From the NCBI GenBank assembly GCA_964248365.1, contig CAXTYC010000034.1:1-57084 (forward strand): 57,084 bases of DNA, written 5' to 3'. Below are positions 20,747-33,042 of the stretch, one piece after another. The stretch comes from an uncultured Chroococcidiopsis sp. (GTDB lineage Bacteria > Cyanobacteriota > Cyanobacteriia > Cyanobacteriales > Chroococcidiopsidaceae). Both the position numbers and the translations under genes were made by a program. Positions within the stretch are counted from its first letter, which is position 1; each line of letters starts with the position of its first letter. The notes under the pieces are model-generated. The model saw only the letters and a list, made by a program, of their open reading frames with translations. It did not search any database and was not told the origin of the DNA.

Positions 20747-21286
20747 ATGTCTCGAATCGGTAAACGTCCAATTACTATCCCAGGCAAAGTAACTGTGACT
20801 ATTGATGGTTCAAACGTTGCTGTCAAAGGTCCTAAAGGTGAACTCTCGCGTGTACTTCCTAGTGCAGTGACTGTAGAACAAGAAGGGGAAACTTTGCTCG
20901 TCAAACGGCGGGATGAGTCTCGTTCATCTCGCCAGCTACACGGTTTATCCCGTACCTTAGTTGCCAATATGGTAGAGGGAGTATCCCAGGGATTTCAACG
21001 CCGTCTGGAAATTCAAGGTGTAGGATACCGGGCGCAAGTTCAAGGTCGCAACTTAATTTTGAACGTAGGGTATAGCCACCAGGTACAAATAGAGCCACCA
21101 GAGGGAGTCCAGCTAGCAGTAGAAACTAACACCAATGTGATCGTTAGTGGGTTTGATAAAGAATTGGTAGGCAATACAGCAGCTAAGATTCGCGCTGTTC
21201 GCCCACCAGAACCATACAAAGGCAAAGGTATTCGTTATGCTGGCGAAGCGGTTAGACGCAAAGCTGGTAAGGCAGGTAAGAAGTAA
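20747..21286 (+). CDS. rplF: 50S ribosomal protein L6
   Basis: [16 protein letters not shown]. Confidence 0.99.
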   Translation: MSRIGKRPITIPGKVTVTIDGSNVAVKGPKGELSRVLPSAVTVEQEGETLLVKRRDESRSSRQLHGLSRTLVANMVEGVSQGFQRRLEIQGVGYRAQVQGRNLILNVGYSHQVQIEPPEGVQLAVETNTNVIVSGFDKELVGNTAAKIRAVRPPEPYKGKGIRYAGEAVRRKAGKAGKK

Positions 21287-21288
21287 GT

Positions 21289-21648
21289 ATGAAGCTTAGT
21301 CGTAGAGAATCAAGGCAACGGCGGCATCGTCGCATTCGCAGCAAAATTTTTGGCAATCCAGAACGTCCGCGTTTGGCAGTCTTTCGCTCCCATCAGCATA
21401 TTTATGCCCAAGTAATTGATGACACCCAGCATCATACTTTGGTAGCTGCTTCAACTTTAGAGCCTGATTTGAAATCATTAGACTCAGGAGCTAATTGCGA
21501 CGCTTCGGTTGAAGTTGGCAGACTAATTGCTCAGCGATCGCTCGCCCTGGGCATATCAAAAGTAGTCTTAGATCGTGGTGGTAATCTCTATCATGGTCGC
21601 ATCAAAGCATTAGCCGATGCAGCACGGGAAGCTGGGTTAGATTTTTAA
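21289..21648 (+). CDS. rplR: 50S ribosomal protein L18
   Basis: [23 protein letters not shown]. Confidence 0.98.
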   Translation: MKLSRRESRQRRHRRIRSKIFGNPERPRLAVFRSHQHIYAQVIDDTQHHTLVAASTLEPDLKSLDSGANCDASVEVGRLIAQRSLALGISKVVLDRGGNLYHGRIKALADAAREAGLDF

Positions 21649-21762
21649 AATCGTCATTGGTCATTGGTCATTAGTCATTTGTAAAAACAAAAAACAAAGG
21701 ACAAATGACAAAGGACAAATGACAAACCAAGCCTGAAATTATCAAATTAAGAGGCATTTATC

Positions 21763-22287
21763 ATGGCAACTGGTCGTCGTAAACCTAACCGCACTAAGGA
21801 AAAAGAAACTACTTTTCAAGAGCGAGTCATTCAGATTCGACGGGTGAGTAAAGTAGTCAAAGGAGGCAAAAAACTTAGCTTCCGTGCGATTGTCGCCGTT
21901 GGAAATGAACACGGGATGGTCGGCATCGGTGTTGGTAAAGCAGGAGATGTCATTGGTGCTGTTAAAAAAGGTGTAGCCGATGGTAAAAAACACCTGATCG
22001 AAGTTCCACTTACCAAGTCAAATTCAATTCCCCATCCGATCAATGGTATCGGTGGCGGGGCAAAAGTAATGATGCGTCCAGCATCACCAGGAACTGGTGT
22101 AATCGCTGGGGGTGCTGTCAGAACTGTGCTGGAGTTAGCTGGCGTTCGCAATATTTTAGCCAAGCAACTCGGTTCAAATAATCCGCTAAACAACGCAAGA
22201 GCAGCTGTCAACGCTCTTTCTACTCTACGCACCTTTACTGAAGTTGCCGAGGAGCGTGGGATCGCAATTGAAAAGCTTTACGCCTAA
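21763..22287 (+). CDS. rpsE: 30S ribosomal protein S5
   Basis: [17 protein letters not shown]. Confidence 0.99.
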   Translation: MATGRRKPNRTKEKETTFQERVIQIRRVSKVVKGGKKLSFRAIVAVGNEHGMVGIGVGKAGDVIGAVKKGVADGKKHLIEVPLTKSNSIPHPINGIGGGAKVMMRPASPGTGVIAGGAVRTVLELAGVRNILAKQLGSNNPLNNARAAVNALSTLRTFTEVAEERGIAIEKLYA

Positions 22288-22397
22288 TAAAAGCTATTAG
22301 TAATTAGCTGTCAATGGTCATTAGTCATTAGTCATTGGTTTTGGACAAATGACAAATAACTATTGACTAATAACAAAGGACAAAGGACAAAAAGTAA

Positions 22398-22844
22398 ATG
22401 AGACTAAATGATGCTCGACCTCAAAAAGGCTCAAAAAAACGTCCCCGCCGATTAGGTAGGGGAGTTTCTGCTGGACAAGGAGCAAGCGCTGGTAAAGGTA
22501 TGCGTGGACAAAATGCTAGGTCTGGTGCTGGTACTAGACCTGGTTTTGAGGGAGGTCAACAGCCTTTATACCGCCGTCTGCCAAAATTGAAAGGCTTTCC
22601 AATTATTAATCGAAAAGAATACACTACGATTAATGTTAGTAGGCTGACCTCACTGCCCGTTAATACTGAAGTAAATCTGGCTTCGTTGCAAGAAGCTGGT
22701 ATTATCACTAAGGCAAAAGCACCGCTGAAAATTTTAGGGGATGGGGAATTAAACGTCGCTCTTAAAGTGCAAGCGGCAGCTTTTACAGCAACAGCTAAAA
22801 GCAAAATTGAGGCAGCAGGTGGGAGTTGTGAAGTAGTCGGGTAG
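22398..22844 (+). CDS. rplO: 50S ribosomal protein L15
   Basis: [15 protein letters not shown]. Confidence 0.98.
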   Translation: MRLNDARPQKGSKKRPRRLGRGVSAGQGASAGKGMRGQNARSGAGTRPGFEGGQQPLYRRLPKLKGFPIINRKEYTTINVSRLTSLPVNTEVNLASLQEAGIITKAKAPLKILGDGELNVALKVQAAAFTATAKSKIEAAGGSCEVVG

Positions 22845-22907
22845 CAAAATTATTGTCTACGATCGCGATCACCCGTGCCTAGCTAAATCAATAACAAGGT
22901 ATCGTTT

Positions 22908-24218
22908 ATGATTAGTCGAGATAAAGCCCCAACAGCTCAAGAAACTTTTATGCAGATGGCACAAGCAGCCGGACTAAGAGGTCGGTTGCTTGTTACCATT
23001 GGCATTTTAATATTGGCTCGCCTTGGTGTATTTTTACCTGTACCAGGGATTAATCGAGATCTGTTTGCTCAAAGTGTTCACAATAATAGCGCTGTATTGG
23101 GTTTTTTAGACATTTTTTCAGGCGGCGGACTCTCTACATTGGGAGTTTTTGCTTTAGGAATTCTGCCTTATATCAATGCCTCAATCATAATCCAATTGCT
23201 CACGACTGCTCTACCAGCCCTAGAGAATTTACAGAAAAATGAAGGAGAAGCAGGAAGGCGGCGCATCTCCCAAATTACCCGATATGTAGCTTTGGGTTGG
23301 GCGATTATTCAAAGTGTCTTTATTGCCGCTATCTGGGTGCAACCGTTTGCAATTCACCCAGGTCCCATCTTTGTAGCCGAAACCGCGATCGCTCTGGTAG
23401 CTGGCTCAATGTTTATTATGTGGGCTTCAGAGCTAATTACAGAGCGTGGTGTAGGCAACGGAGCATCACTGTTGATTTTTGTCAACATTGTTGCCTCACT
23501 CCCCAAATCTTTGGGAGATACTATCGCTTTGGCTCAAACCGGAGGTAGGGAAGTAGTGGGACGTGTCGTCGTACTACTGCTGGTGTTCCTAGCCACAATT
23601 GTCGGGATTGTGTTTGTTCAAGAAGCAACTCGCAAAATTCCGATTATTTCCGCCAGAAGACAAGTAGGACGTAAGTTATTCCAAGAACAGCGGAGCTATC
23701 TACCCCTACGATTAAATCAAGGCGGTGTGATGCCAATTATCTTCGCTTCTGCCGTTCTGATTCTGCCAGCTTCTCTAGCTAGATTTACTCAAAACGAGTA
23801 TCTGATTAGAATTGCCAACTATCTTAGCCCTGGTGGTTCCGCACCTTGGGTTTACGCCTTGGCTTACCTAGTTTTAATTGTTTTCTTTAGCTACTTCTAC
23901 GCGACGCTGATTGTAAACCCAGTCGATTTGGCACAGAACTTGAAGAAAATGGGTTCTAGTATTCCTGGTATTCGTCCAGGTAAAACTACTAGTGATTATG
24001 TCGAGCGAGTTTTGAACCGATTGACTTTATTGGGAGCGCTCTTTCTAGGCGGAGTTGCGATTATACCCACAGCTGTTGAAAGTGCTATCCGAGTACCAAC
24101 CTTCCGAGGAATAGGTGCTACTTCTCTACTGATTCTAGTAGGAGTAGCAATTGACACAGCTAGGCAAATCCAAACCTATGTTATTTCCCAGCGTTACGAA
24201 GGAATGGTGAAACAATAG
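22908..24218 (+). CDS. secY: Preprotein translocase SecY
   Basis: [28 protein letters not shown]. Confidence 0.99.
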   Translation: MISRDKAPTAQETFMQMAQAAGLRGRLLVTIGILILARLGVFLPVPGINRDLFAQSVHNNSAVLGFLDIFSGGGLSTLGVFALGILPYINASIIIQLLTTALPALENLQKNEGEAGRRRISQITRYVALGWAIIQSVFIAAIWVQPFAIHPGPIFVAETAIALVAGSMFIMWASELITERGVGNGASLLIFVNIVASLPKSLGDTIALAQTGGREVVGRVVVLLLVFLATIVGIVFVQEATRKIPIISARRQVGRKLFQEQRSYLPLRLNQGGVMPIIFASAVLILPASLARFTQNEYLIRIANYLSPGGSAPWVYALAYLVLIVFFSYFYATLIVNPVDLAQNLKKMGSSIPGIRPGKTTSDYVERVLNRLTLLGALFLGGVAIIPTAVESAIRVPTFRGIGATSLLILVGVAIDTARQIQTYVISQRYEGMVKQ

Positions 24219-24772
24219 TGCCGCGATTGATTTTCTTGGGACCACCAGGCGCAGGTAAAGGAACTCAAGCTCAAACTTTGGCTCAGTCTTGCCATATTCC
24301 CCATATTTCAACTGGTGATATTTTGCGATCAGCTATGCGATCACAGTCGCCTTTGGGTATTAAAGCACAAGATTATGTTGATCGCGGTGAGTTAGTCCCT
24401 GATTCTCTGGTACTAGATCTAGTCGAAGATCGTCTAAGTCAGCCTGATACTCAAAACGGTTGGATTTTAGACGGCTTTCCCCGCAATGTTAGCCAAGCCA
24501 GTTTTTTGGCGGAATTACTCGAAAAACTGGCTCATCATGGCGTTCGTGTGGTAAATCTTGAAGTCCCTGACGAGGTTTTGGTTGCTCGGCTTTTAGGTCG
24601 CGGTCGTCAAGATGATACTGAAGAAGTAATTCGGCGACGCTTAGAAGTTTATCGGGAACAAACACTACCGTTAATTGATTTTTACAGCGCGAGCCAACAA
24701 CTGGTGTCAGTCAATGGCAATCAGTCACTAGAAAAAGTCACTGACGACTTACAAAATTTGCTTCAATCCTGA
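24218..24772 (+). CDS. adk: Adenylate kinase (short LID form)
   Basis: [17 protein letters not shown]. Confidence 0.98.
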   Translation: MPRLIFLGPPGAGKGTQAQTLAQSCHIPHISTGDILRSAMRSQSPLGIKAQDYVDRGELVPDSLVLDLVEDRLSQPDTQNGWILDGFPRNVSQASFLAELLEKLAHHGVRVVNLEVPDEVLVARLLGRGRQDDTEEVIRRRLEVYREQTLPLIDFYSASQQLVSVNGNQSLEKVTDDLQNLLQS

Positions 24773-25181
24773 ACTTGGGTATGGAGCATAATTGCAATCG
24801 TCTTACCCAACGCGAGGAGTCAGGAGGAGAGGTTTATGCTTCGCAAATCCTGACTCTAAGCTGCCCCGATTGCTCCTATCCCACCCAAAGATTACTCATT
24901 CTGGCAGCACTATACGGCAGGGGAAGGCTTGGGAAGGCTTGGGGAGCAAAGAAAATTAACAGTTATCGGTAATCTTATACGGGCAAAGGAGTAAATCAAA
25001 TCGGCATCTGTGACACAGATTATTTACACAACTTTCTTTTATATGTCAAGTTGTAAGTAAAAATTTGATAAAATATTTTAATGATAGCCTGATATATGTC
25101 CAACTTGACCAAGACCTACTAAAGGTACAGATTTAGCGGATTATAAGCAAGCGTAACATACCTAGTTGAGGAAAAGACAAA

Positions 25182-25406
25182 TTGTCTAAACAAGATTTAA
25201 TTGAGATGGAAGGCACTGTAACGGAATCTTTGCCTAATGCCATGTTTCGTGTAGATCTAGATAATGGCTTTAATGTGCTGGCTCACATCTCCGGCAAAAT
25301 CCGCCGTAACTACATCAAGATTTTACCTGGCGATCGCGTCAAAGTAGAGCTAACACCATACGATTTGTCAAAAGGAAGGATTACCTATCGACTGCGTAAG
25401 AAGTAG
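25182..25406 (+). CDS. infA: Translation initiation factor IF-1
   Basis: [17 protein letters not shown] start after GAGG. Confidence 0.98.
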   Translation: MSKQDLIEMEGTVTESLPNAMFRVDLDNGFNVLAHISGKIRRNYIKILPGDRVKVELTPYDLSKGRITYRLRKK

Positions 25407-25511
25407 TCATTTGCCTTCGTGCAAGCTAGACCTGATTCTTTTGGTCGAATTCATTTGCTTGCTTTAATGGCAAATTAAGTATTATAATATAGAGTTTGTA
25501 ATGATAGAACA

Positions 25512-25625
25512 ATGAAAGTTAGAGCTTCTGTACGGAAAATTTGTGAAAAGTGTAACATCATCCGTCGGAAAGGTCGGGTGATGGTGATCTGTTCTAACCC
25601 AAAACATAAGCAGCGTCAAGGCTAG
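25512..25625 (+). CDS. rpmJ: 50S ribosomal protein L36 (not in ORF track)
   Basis: Manual translation [37 protein letters not shown]. Confidence 0.98.
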   Translation: MKVRASVRKICEKCNIIRRKGRVMVICSNPKHKQRQG

Positions 25626-25714
25626 AACAGTCACTAATTACCTGCGGCACGGGTGTATTTTAGGACATCAGCAAAAAACTTTATTGCAGCAAAGCAAAAC
25701 TAGGGAGAAAAAAC

Positions 25715-26095
25715 GTGGCACGGATTGCCGGTGTAGACCTTCCGCGTGACAAACGTGTTGAAATTGGGTTGACATATATATACGGAATTGGGCTAACACG
25801 GTCAAAACAAATTTTGGCTGCTACAGGTGTAAACCCAGATACCAGAGTTAAAGATCTCAGTGATGCCGATGTTACATCCCTCAGAGGTGAGGTAGAAGCC
25901 AATTATCAGGTCGAAGGAGACTTGAGGCGCTTAGAGGCGATGAACATCAAGCGCTTAATTGATATTGGCACATACCGAGGTCGTCGTCATCGCCTTGGTT
26001 TACCAGTGCGTGGACAAAGAACTAGGACAAATGCACGTACCCGCCGAGGCAGACGGCAAACAGTTGCGGGTAAGAAAAAAGCTCCTGGGAAATAA
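25715..26095 (+). CDS. rpsM: 30S ribosomal protein S13
   Basis: [23 protein letters not shown]. Confidence 0.99.
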   Translation: MARIAGVDLPRDKRVEIGLTYIYGIGLTRSKQILAATGVNPDTRVKDLSDADVTSLRGEVEANYQVEGDLRRLEAMNIKRLIDIGTYRGRRHRLGLPVRGQRTRTNARTRRGRRQTVAGKKKAPGK

Positions 26096-26133
26096 TGGAT
26101 TTCTTTCGTTAGATCTGATTCTACAAAAAAATT

Positions 26134-26526
26134 ATGGCGCGACCAACAAAAAAGACTGGAACCAAAAAACAAAAACGCAACGTACCCAATGGGATGGCTT
26201 ACATCCAATCTACTTTTAATAACAGCATTGTTACCATTGCCGATCAAAACGGAGATGTAATCTCTTGGGCATCAGCAGGTTCTAGTGGCTTTAAGGGCGC
26301 TAAGAAAGGAACTCCTTTTGCTGCTCAAACCGCTGCTGAAAGTGCTGCTCGACGTGCAGTTGATCAGGGTATGCGTCAGATTGAAGTGATGGTAACTGGA
26401 CCTGGAGCAGGGAGAGAGACAGCTATCCGGGCATTGCAAGGAGCAGGGTTAGAAATTACGCTGATTCGTGATATAACCCCTATTCCTCACAATGGTTGCC
26501 GTCCACCCAAGCGCCGTCGAGTTTAG
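26134..26526 (+). CDS. rpsK: 30S ribosomal protein S11
   Basis: [18 protein letters not shown]. Confidence 0.99.
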   Translation: MARPTKKTGTKKQKRNVPNGMAYIQSTFNNSIVTIADQNGDVISWASAGSSGFKGAKKGTPFAAQTAAESAARRAVDQGMRQIEVMVTGPGAGRETAIRALQGAGLEITLIRDITPIPHNGCRPPKRRRV

Positions 26527-26699
26527 ACTCAAATAACAAAAGCGGTGAAAACTTGAATAAGAGCGATCGCTCTTGTTGCGATCGCATTCGGTCCGATTGG
26601 TAGATAGAGATTGATAGACCACGGGCAGCGGGACATAAGTAAATTAGGCAAGCACTTGCTATGCCGCATTTAGGAGCTAACAATAGGGGAGGTTACTCC

Positions 26700-27647
26700 G
26701 TGGCGCAGTTTCAAATTGAATGTGTCGAGTCTAATACGCAAGAAAATCGAAGTCAATACAGTAAGTTCGTCTTAGAACCACTCGATCGCGGTCAAGGAAC
26801 GACGGTTGGAAACGCTTTAAGACGAGTTTTACTATCCAACTTAGAAGGCACAGCAGTAACAGCCGTTCGCATAGCGGGTGTTAGTCATGAGTTTGCCACA
26901 ATTCTCGGTGTGCGAGAAGACGTGTTGGAAATTCTGATGAGAATGAAAGAAATTGTTCTCAAAAGTTATTCCGCTGGAGCGCAAATTGGGCGATTACTGA
27001 TTAATGGTCCAGCCACCGTTACTGCTGCTCACTTTGATCTGCCATCAGAAGTAGAAGTGATCGATCCAAACCAATATGTGGCAACCCTAGCTGAGGGCGC
27101 AAAGCTAGAAATGGAATTTCGGATCGAGCGGGGTAAAGGTTATCGTACCGTTGAACGGGGACGTGAAGAAGCTACAGCTTTAGACTTTCTCCAAATTGAC
27201 TCTATATTTATGCCAGTGCGTAAAGTCAACTACAGTGTCGAAGACGCACGGGTAGATGGCTCGACGCAAAAAGATCGGCTAATTATGGAAATTTGGACGA
27301 ATGGCAGTTTAACGCCTCAAGAAGCGCTATCTTCTGCCGCTAATATTTTGGTTGATCTATTCAACCCCTTGAAAGACATCTCGCTAGCAGCATTGACAGA
27401 TGAACTACCAGCAGATGAAGACCCAACCAGCCAAATTCCAATCGAAGAACTACAGCTTTCGGTACGGGCTTACAACTGTCTGAAGCGAGCGCAAGTCAAC
27501 TCAGTGGCAGACTTATTGGATTTCACCCAAGAAGACCTGTTAGAAATTAAAAACTTCGGTCAGAAGTCGGCAGAAGAGGTGATTGAAGCTTTGCAACAGC
27601 GTTTAGGGATCACCCTACCGCACGAAAAATCAGCCAAACCCACATAA
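26700..27647 (+). CDS. rpoA: RNA polymerase alpha subunit
   Basis: GNALRRVLLS, LSVRAYNCLK; GTG start at 26700 after GGAGG. Confidence 0.98.
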   Translation: MAQFQIECVESNTQENRSQYSKFVLEPLDRGQGTTVGNALRRVLLSNLEGTAVTAVRIAGVSHEFATILGVREDVLEILMRMKEIVLKSYSAGAQIGRLLINGPATVTAAHFDLPSEVEVIDPNQYVATLAEGAKLEMEFRIERGKGYRTVERGREEATALDFLQIDSIFMPVRKVNYSVEDARVDGSTQKDRLIMEIWTNGSLTPQEALSSAANILVDLFNPLKDISLAALTDELPADEDPTSQIPIEELQLSVRAYNCLKRAQVNSVADLLDFTQEDLLEIKNFGQKSAEEVIEALQQRLGITLPHEKSAKPT

Positions 27648-27677
27648 GTGGTGTTTTAGCCCCAGCTAGAAACGTTG

Positions 27678-27723
27678 GTAGAGACGTTAGCCTGGGGTTT
27701 AAACCCCAGGCTAACGTCTCTAC
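27678..27723. repeat. Perfect 46-bp palindrome, GTAG-type REP-like element
   Basis: GTAGAGACGTTAGCCTGGGGTTT|AAACCCCAGGCTAACGTCTCTAC. Confidence 0.85.
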
Positions 27724-27752
27724 AAATCAAACCTCAAAACTGAAAACTCACA

Positions 27753-28103
27753 ATGCGTCACCGCAATAAAATTAACAAACTCAGTAAACCAGCTGACCAG
27801 CGACGCGCACTTTTGAGAGCGCTAACTACAGAACTACTCAGGCATGGTCGGATCACTACCACTAAAGTACGGGCAGGGGTAGTACAGTCTAAAGCAGAAA
27901 AAATGATTACCTTAGCTAAGGATGGCTCCCTAGCGGCTCGTCGTCAAGCACTTGGCTATGTTTACGATAAGCAACTGGTTCACGCTTTGTTCGAGCAAGT
28001 TCCTAACCGTTATGGTAATCGCTCAGGAGGCTATACTCGCATCCTCCAAACTGTGCGCCGTCGAGGTGACAATGCTGAAATGGCAATTATCGAACTCGTA
28101 TAA
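27753..28103 (+). CDS. rplQ: 50S ribosomal protein L17
   Basis: MRHR, GGYTRI, RRGDNA. Confidence 0.98.
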   Translation: MRHRNKINKLSKPADQRRALLRALTTELLRHGRITTTKVRAGVVQSKAEKMITLAKDGSLAARRQALGYVYDKQLVHALFEQVPNRYGNRSGGYTRILQTVRRRGDNAEMAIIELV

Positions 28104-28123
28104 AAAATCGCTGTTTCAACTAT

Positions 28124-29044
28124 ATGGCTGCCCTCCAAACCAAGCCACATTACAGAGTCGCCCTGGTAATTCAATACCTGGGCACTCATTTTCATGGCTG
28201 GCAAAGGCAATTAAAGCACCGTACAGTACAAGAAGAGATAGAAACAGTCCTTGAGCGCGTATTGGGTCATCCAGTAACACTACACGGCGCTGGTCGAACT
28301 GATGCAGGAGTTCACGCCGCTGCCCAAGTAGCTCATTTTGATGCCACTAGCTCTATTCCACCAGAACGGTGGGCAGCAATTCTTAACAGCCGTTTGCCAT
28401 CAGACATATTAATTCGAGCCTCAGCTGCTGTCAGCCCACGCTGGCACGCCCGCTTTTGTGCTAAATGGCGGCGATATCGCTATACACTCTATACAGATCC
28501 TAGACCGAACTTGTTTGTTCAGCCATTTAGTTGGCATTATTATTATGAGCCACTGGATGAATCGTTAATCGGAGCAGCGTTGCAACCCTTGCTTGGACAA
28601 CATCACCTAGCCGCTTTTCATCGTGCCGGATCGAAGCGATCGCATTCCTGGGTAGAAGTGCAAGCAGCAGAGTGTTATCGCTCTGGTTCATTTGTCCATA
28701 TTGAAATTCAAGCTAATGGATTTTTGTACGGCATGGTGCGGCTGTTGGTTGGGCTGTTAGTAAATGTGGGTAACGGCTCGCTTTCGCCTGATAGCTTCAC
28801 TCAACTTTGGCAACAAGAGCGCCGTGAAGAAGTAAAATCAGCCGCTCCAGCCAATGGCTTATGCTTATTACGAGTTGGCTACCCAGAATTCCCCTTTCCC
28901 CCAGAAGTTTGGTATGACACCCTACCCAAGTTTGTCTTACCAAGTCAAGCAGGAGAGTGGGATAGTGGGACAGTAAGAGAACTTCACTCCACTCATCCCA
29001 TCACCGCATCATCCCTTTTGAGCAAGAAACCAGCCTCTACATAA
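28124..29044 (+). CDS. truA: tRNA pseudouridine(38-40) synthase
   Basis: [17 protein letters not shown]. Confidence 0.97.
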   Translation: MAALQTKPHYRVALVIQYLGTHFHGWQRQLKHRTVQEEIETVLERVLGHPVTLHGAGRTDAGVHAAAQVAHFDATSSIPPERWAAILNSRLPSDILIRASAAVSPRWHARFCAKWRRYRYTLYTDPRPNLFVQPFSWHYYYEPLDESLIGAALQPLLGQHHLAAFHRAGSKRSHSWVEVQAAECYRSGSFVHIEIQANGFLYGMVRLLVGLLVNVGNGSLSPDSFTQLWQQERREEVKSAAPANGLCLLRVGYPEFPFPPEVWYDTLPKFVLPSQAGEWDSGTVRELHSTHPITASSLLSKKPAST

Positions 29045-29076
29045 ATAATGAATTTATAAAGGATACCAAAACCCCC

Positions 29077-29532
29077 ATGAACAAGACCTACGTTCCTCCT
29101 CAAAATGCCTTAAATCAAGAATGGTTTGTTGTTGATGCTACAGATCAGCGTCTTGGTAGGCTAGCAAGCGAAGTTGCCATGATTCTAAGAGGGAAAAACA
29201 AACCCGAATATACACCCCACATGGATACAGGCGACTTCGTGATTGTCATTAATGCTGACAAGGTGAAAGTTACAGGTAAAAAACGCACTCAAAAAGTTTA
29301 CCGTCGTCAATCCGGTAGACCTGGCGGCATGAAGACAGAAACCTTTGCTCAGCTACAAGCCCGTTTGCCAGAAAGAATTGTCGAACACGCAGTCAAGGGT
29401 ATGTTGCCAAAAAATAGTCTGGGCAGACAATTGTTTACTAAGCTCAAAGTCTACGCTGGTGCCTCACATCCCCATCAAGCGCAACAACCCCAAGAGTTAA
29501 AAATTCAAACAATTCCAGGAGAAACTAACTAA
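29077..29532 (+). CDS. rplM: 50S ribosomal protein L13
   Basis: [20 protein letters not shown]. Confidence 0.99.
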   Translation: MNKTYVPPQNALNQEWFVVDATDQRLGRLASEVAMILRGKNKPEYTPHMDTGDFVIVINADKVKVTGKKRTQKVYRRQSGRPGGMKTETFAQLQARLPERIVEHAVKGMLPKNSLGRQLFTKLKVYAGASHPHQAQQPQELKIQTIPGETN

Positions 29533-29948
29533 TGCAAGCAGCAGAAACCACCAGCGGACGAGTCATGTACATGGGTACAGGTCGCCGTAAGTCATCTGTA
29601 GCAAGAGTACGTTTGGTTCCAGGTAACGGTCAAATGATTGTGAATGGCAAACCAGGAGATTTGTACTTCCAGTTCAACGCTGGCTACCTCTCAATCGCTA
29701 AAGCCCCCCTAGAAACTCTGGGCTTGGAAAACGAATATGACATTCTGGTTAACGCTCATGGTGGCGGCTTAACAGGACAATCAGATTCAATTCGTCTAGG
29801 AGTAGCCCGCGCTCTGTGTCAACTAGATCCTGAGAATCGATCGCCTTTGAAAACCGAGGGCTATCTCACCCGTGATCCTAGAGCGAAAGAGCGGAAAAAA
29901 TACGGTTTACACAAAGCTCGTAAGGCTCCACAGTTCTCCAAGCGCTAA
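29532..29948 (+). CDS. rpsI: 30S ribosomal protein S9
   Basis: [27 protein letters not shown]. Confidence 0.99.
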   Translation: MQAAETTSGRVMYMGTGRRKSSVARVRLVPGNGQMIVNGKPGDLYFQFNAGYLSIAKAPLETLGLENEYDILVNAHGGGLTGQSDSIRLGVARALCQLDPENRSPLKTEGYLTRDPRAKERKKYGLHKARKAPQFSKR

Positions 29949-30119
29949 AAGCTATCAGCTTTTTGTCCTTTGTCATTTGTTCTTTGTCCTTTGTTAATCA
30001 CTTAAAGGCGAATGACGTAGGGCAAAGCCCTTCTTTGCAGGGTATGACGAATGACCACTAACTGCTGACTGCTAAGAGTTAAAAGCTACAATTAAATTAT
30101 GTGAAGAAGAGAAAGAACA

Positions 30120-30371
30120 ATGGCAAAATCAGATATTCATCCTAAGTGGTATCCCGAAGCTAAAGTTTACTGCAACGGGCAAGTTGTCATGACGGTGGGT
30201 TCTACTAAACCAGAACTACACGTAGATATGTGGTCTGGGAATCACCCGTTTTACACTGGAACTCAGAAAATTATTGATACTGAGGGTCGTGTGGAGCGCT
30301 TCTTGCGCAAGTACGGCATGATGGACACCCAGCAATCGCAAGGCGAGGATTCACAGTCCAAGAAAAAGTAG
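30120..30371 (+). CDS. rpmE: 50S ribosomal protein L31
   Basis: IHPKWY, SGNHPFYTG, GRVERF. Confidence 0.98.
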   Translation: MAKSDIHPKWYPEAKVYCNGQVVMTVGSTKPELHVDMWSGNHPFYTGTQKIIDTEGRVERFLRKYGMMDTQQSQGEDSQSKKK

Positions 30372-30492
30372 CCAGGTCATGTAATGCGTGGATTTTAGAT
30401 TTTGGATTAACTTAATGCTTTATGGCACGTTTCTAAAATCTAAAATTTGAGCTTCTGACTGCTCCTACTATTTTCTCAAGCGATCGCCCATT

Positions 30493-31593
30493 ATGCCAGA
30501 ACTATACCTGCTTAACAAACTCAAATCAGTTGAACAAACCTTTAATGAATTAACCCGTCGCCTTGCCGATCCCGATATCGCCACCGATCCGGCAGAGATG
30601 CAGCGGGTAGCAAAAGCCCGTTCTTCCCTCGAAGAAGTGGTTAACACTTATGAAACTTGGAAAAATACCGAGTCAGAACTCGCAGGCGCGCGTCAGATCC
30701 AAAAAGAAGCAGGTGGCGATCCAGAATTGCAAGAAATGGCAGCACTGGAGGTACAGGAGTTAGAAGCAAAGCTGGAACAGCTAGAGACGCGCTTGACAAT
30801 CTTGCTTTTACCCCGCGATCCCAATGATGACAAAAACATCATGCTGGAAATTCGGGCAGGAACTGGTGGCGATGAAGCCAGTATCTGGGCAGGAGATTTA
30901 GTACGAATGTACTCTCGCTATGCTGATACTCAGGCTTGGAAAGTAAAGCTAGTGAGTGAATCACTTGCTGAAATGGGTGGCTTTAAAGAGGCAATTCTGG
31001 AAATTCAGGGTGACTCGGTTTACAGCAAGCTAAAGTTTGAAGCTGGAGTACATCGGGTACAGCGAGTGCCAGTTACTGAAGCTGGGGGAAGGGTTCACAC
31101 TTCTACAGCAACGGTGGCGGTGATGCCAGAAGTCGATGATGTAGAAATCCACATCGACCCAAAGGATATTGAAATGAAAACTGCCCGATCTGGTGGTGCT
31201 GGCGGTCAAAACGTTAACAAGGTGGAAACAGCGGCTGATCTGTTCCATAAGCCGACTGGTATTCGCATTTTCTGTACCGAAGAGCGAAGTCAGTTGCAAA
31301 ACAAAGAACGGGCAATGCAAATCCTGCGGGCAAAGTTGTATGAAATGAAGTTACGCGAACAGCAGGAAGCTGTAACTTCGGCGCGGCGATCGCAGGTGGG
31401 TACGGGTTCTCGTTCTGAGAAAATACGGACATACAATTACAAAGATAATCGGGTGACTGACCACCGCTTAAATCAGAATTATCCGCTTAATGCAGTGCTC
31501 GAAGGTGATTTAGAGCCAATTATTCAGGCTTGTATTTCTCAAGATCAGCAAGAACGTTTGGCTGAGTTGGCTGCTTCTGGATCTGGGGCGTAG
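30493..31593 (+). CDS. prfA: Peptide chain release factor 1
   Basis: PVT anticodon motif, GGQ motif. Confidence 0.98.
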   Translation: MPELYLLNKLKSVEQTFNELTRRLADPDIATDPAEMQRVAKARSSLEEVVNTYETWKNTESELAGARQIQKEAGGDPELQEMAALEVQELEAKLEQLETRLTILLLPRDPNDDKNIMLEIRAGTGGDEASIWAGDLVRMYSRYADTQAWKVKLVSESLAEMGGFKEAILEIQGDSVYSKLKFEAGVHRVQRVPVTEAGGRVHTSTATVAVMPEVDDVEIHIDPKDIEMKTARSGGAGGQNVNKVETAADLFHKPTGIRIFCTEERSQLQNKERAMQILRAKLYEMKLREQQEAVTSARRSQVGTGSRSEKIRTYNYKDNRVTDHRLNQNYPLNAVLEGDLEPIIQACISQDQQERLAELAASGSGA

Positions 31594-31693
31594 AGAGAAA
31601 CGAACCGCAGAGGCGCAGAGAACGCAGAGGAAGAGAGAAGGGAGGGGGAGCGGCTCAGTATCATAGTTAGAGAAATCTTGCTATTTCCCTAAC

Positions 31694-32494
31694 GTGAAAA
31701 CGGATAGCATATTTTATCGTCTTTTTCAAGAGTTGCCTGGTATTTTCTTTGAACTAATTGGTAATACAGTCGAAACTGCTAGTAATTATCAGTTTTCATC
31801 TGTTGAAATTAAACAAACTACTTTTCGGATAGATGGGGTTTTTCTTCCTATACAAGGGGATGAGAACCCCATCTATTTTGTTGAAGTTCAGTTTCAGCTG
31901 GATACAGATTTTTACTCTCGTTTCTTTGCAGAAATATTTTTATATCTCCGTCAGAATAAACCGCAAAATGACTGGGGTGGTGTGGTTATATATCTAAGTC
32001 GAAATGTAGATACGGGAGATATAAGACATTACCGAGAATTTTTTGTAAGTGGGCGAGTCAGTCGCGTCTACCTGAATGAACTAGGTGAAGAGGCTGAGCA
32101 ATCAATTGCCATAGGAACGCTCAAGTTAGTCATTTTGCCACAAGCAACAGTAGTTGAACGAGCAAGGGTTTTAATAGATAGAGTAAGGCAAGAGATAGCC
32201 GATGAATTCGTCAAGGAAGAATATTTACAATTAATAGAAACAATTATCTTTTACAAATTACCGAGCATGAGTCGGGAGGAGATAGCGGCAATGTTTGGAT
32301 TAAGTGAATTAAAGCAAACTAGAGTTTATCAGGAAGCCTTAGAGGAAGGTAGACAAGAAGGTGAACTTATTGGCAAACTAAAAGCAGTACCTCCGATGCT
32401 AGCAATGGGGGCGACTGTACAGCAAATAGCAGAGGCATTAGATTTGAGCGTAGATCAAGTGAGGCAGGCAGCGCAAAATCAGCACAGGGAGTGA
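31694..32494 (+). CDS. Rpn-family/DUF2887 PD-(D/E)XK nuclease-like protein
   Basis: MKTDSIFYRLFQ, FRIDGVF, FVEVQFQ, EEGRQEG tail. Confidence 0.85.
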   Translation: MKTDSIFYRLFQELPGIFFELIGNTVETASNYQFSSVEIKQTTFRIDGVFLPIQGDENPIYFVEVQFQLDTDFYSRFFAEIFLYLRQNKPQNDWGGVVIYLSRNVDTGDIRHYREFFVSGRVSRVYLNELGEEAEQSIAIGTLKLVILPQATVVERARVLIDRVRQEIADEFVKEEYLQLIETIIFYKLPSMSREEIAAMFGLSELKQTRVYQEALEEGRQEGELIGKLKAVPPMLAMGATVQQIAEALDLSVDQVRQAAQNQHRE

Positions 32495-32580
32495 TGCGGT
32501 ATAGGGACTTGCGATCGCACTATTGTTATCCCTAATTTTTGGCGATGTCTAACGAACAGGCTCCCAAGTGTCTACGCTGT

Positions 32581-33042
32581 TTATGCCGCCTCTCCTGCTG
32601 TTACCCTTAGATCACACTCCTGGTTTTCTAAAGCTCGTGCGATAACTTCGTTAAGCTTCGCTAACGCGTCCGATATCTCCACTGGATATGGAAAATAATC
32701 TAGGTCATACTGGATGTATTTTCTAAGCCTGTAAAATTCCTTGAGGCTGTGGCGGCTGTAAATCAACTGTTCTACTGCTTTTTGCCAAGATTCAAAGATT
32801 CGATAACTAAAAAAGGAACTGCACGTATTTCCTTGTGTATTAATATAAGAGATGCAAACTTGATGCTTGAGGTGGTGTACCTTCTTTACTTCTTTCACAG
32901 ACAAGCCTGCATGATCTTTAAGCGCTCTGGCTATCTCGCCTTTGGGAATTTTTTGCCACTGTACAGGGTTGATTTTACCAGCCGCGATCAAGCTTTTTCC
33001 TTTGGGGCGATATTTACGGGTTTTGCGAGGCTTAGGAAGCAT
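32581..33042 (-). CDS. Hypothetical protein with basic N-terminus, divergent from an XRE regulator
   Basis: ATG at 33042 (MLPKPRKTRKYR); start supported by the homologous fragment at 33718-33757. Confidence 0.65.
   Translation of the reverse strand: MLPKPRKTRKYRPKGKSLIAAGKINPVQWQKIPKGEIARALKDHAGLSVKEVKKVHHLKHQVCISYINTQGNTCSSFFSYRIFESWQKAVEQLIYSRHSLKEFYRLRKYIQYDLDYFPYPVEISDALAKLNEVIARALENQECDLRVTAGEAA

Noticed and set aside
13519..31593. Absence of rpsJ, rpsN, rpmD and rpsD from the cluster
   Set aside because: Normal cyanobacterial arrangement.
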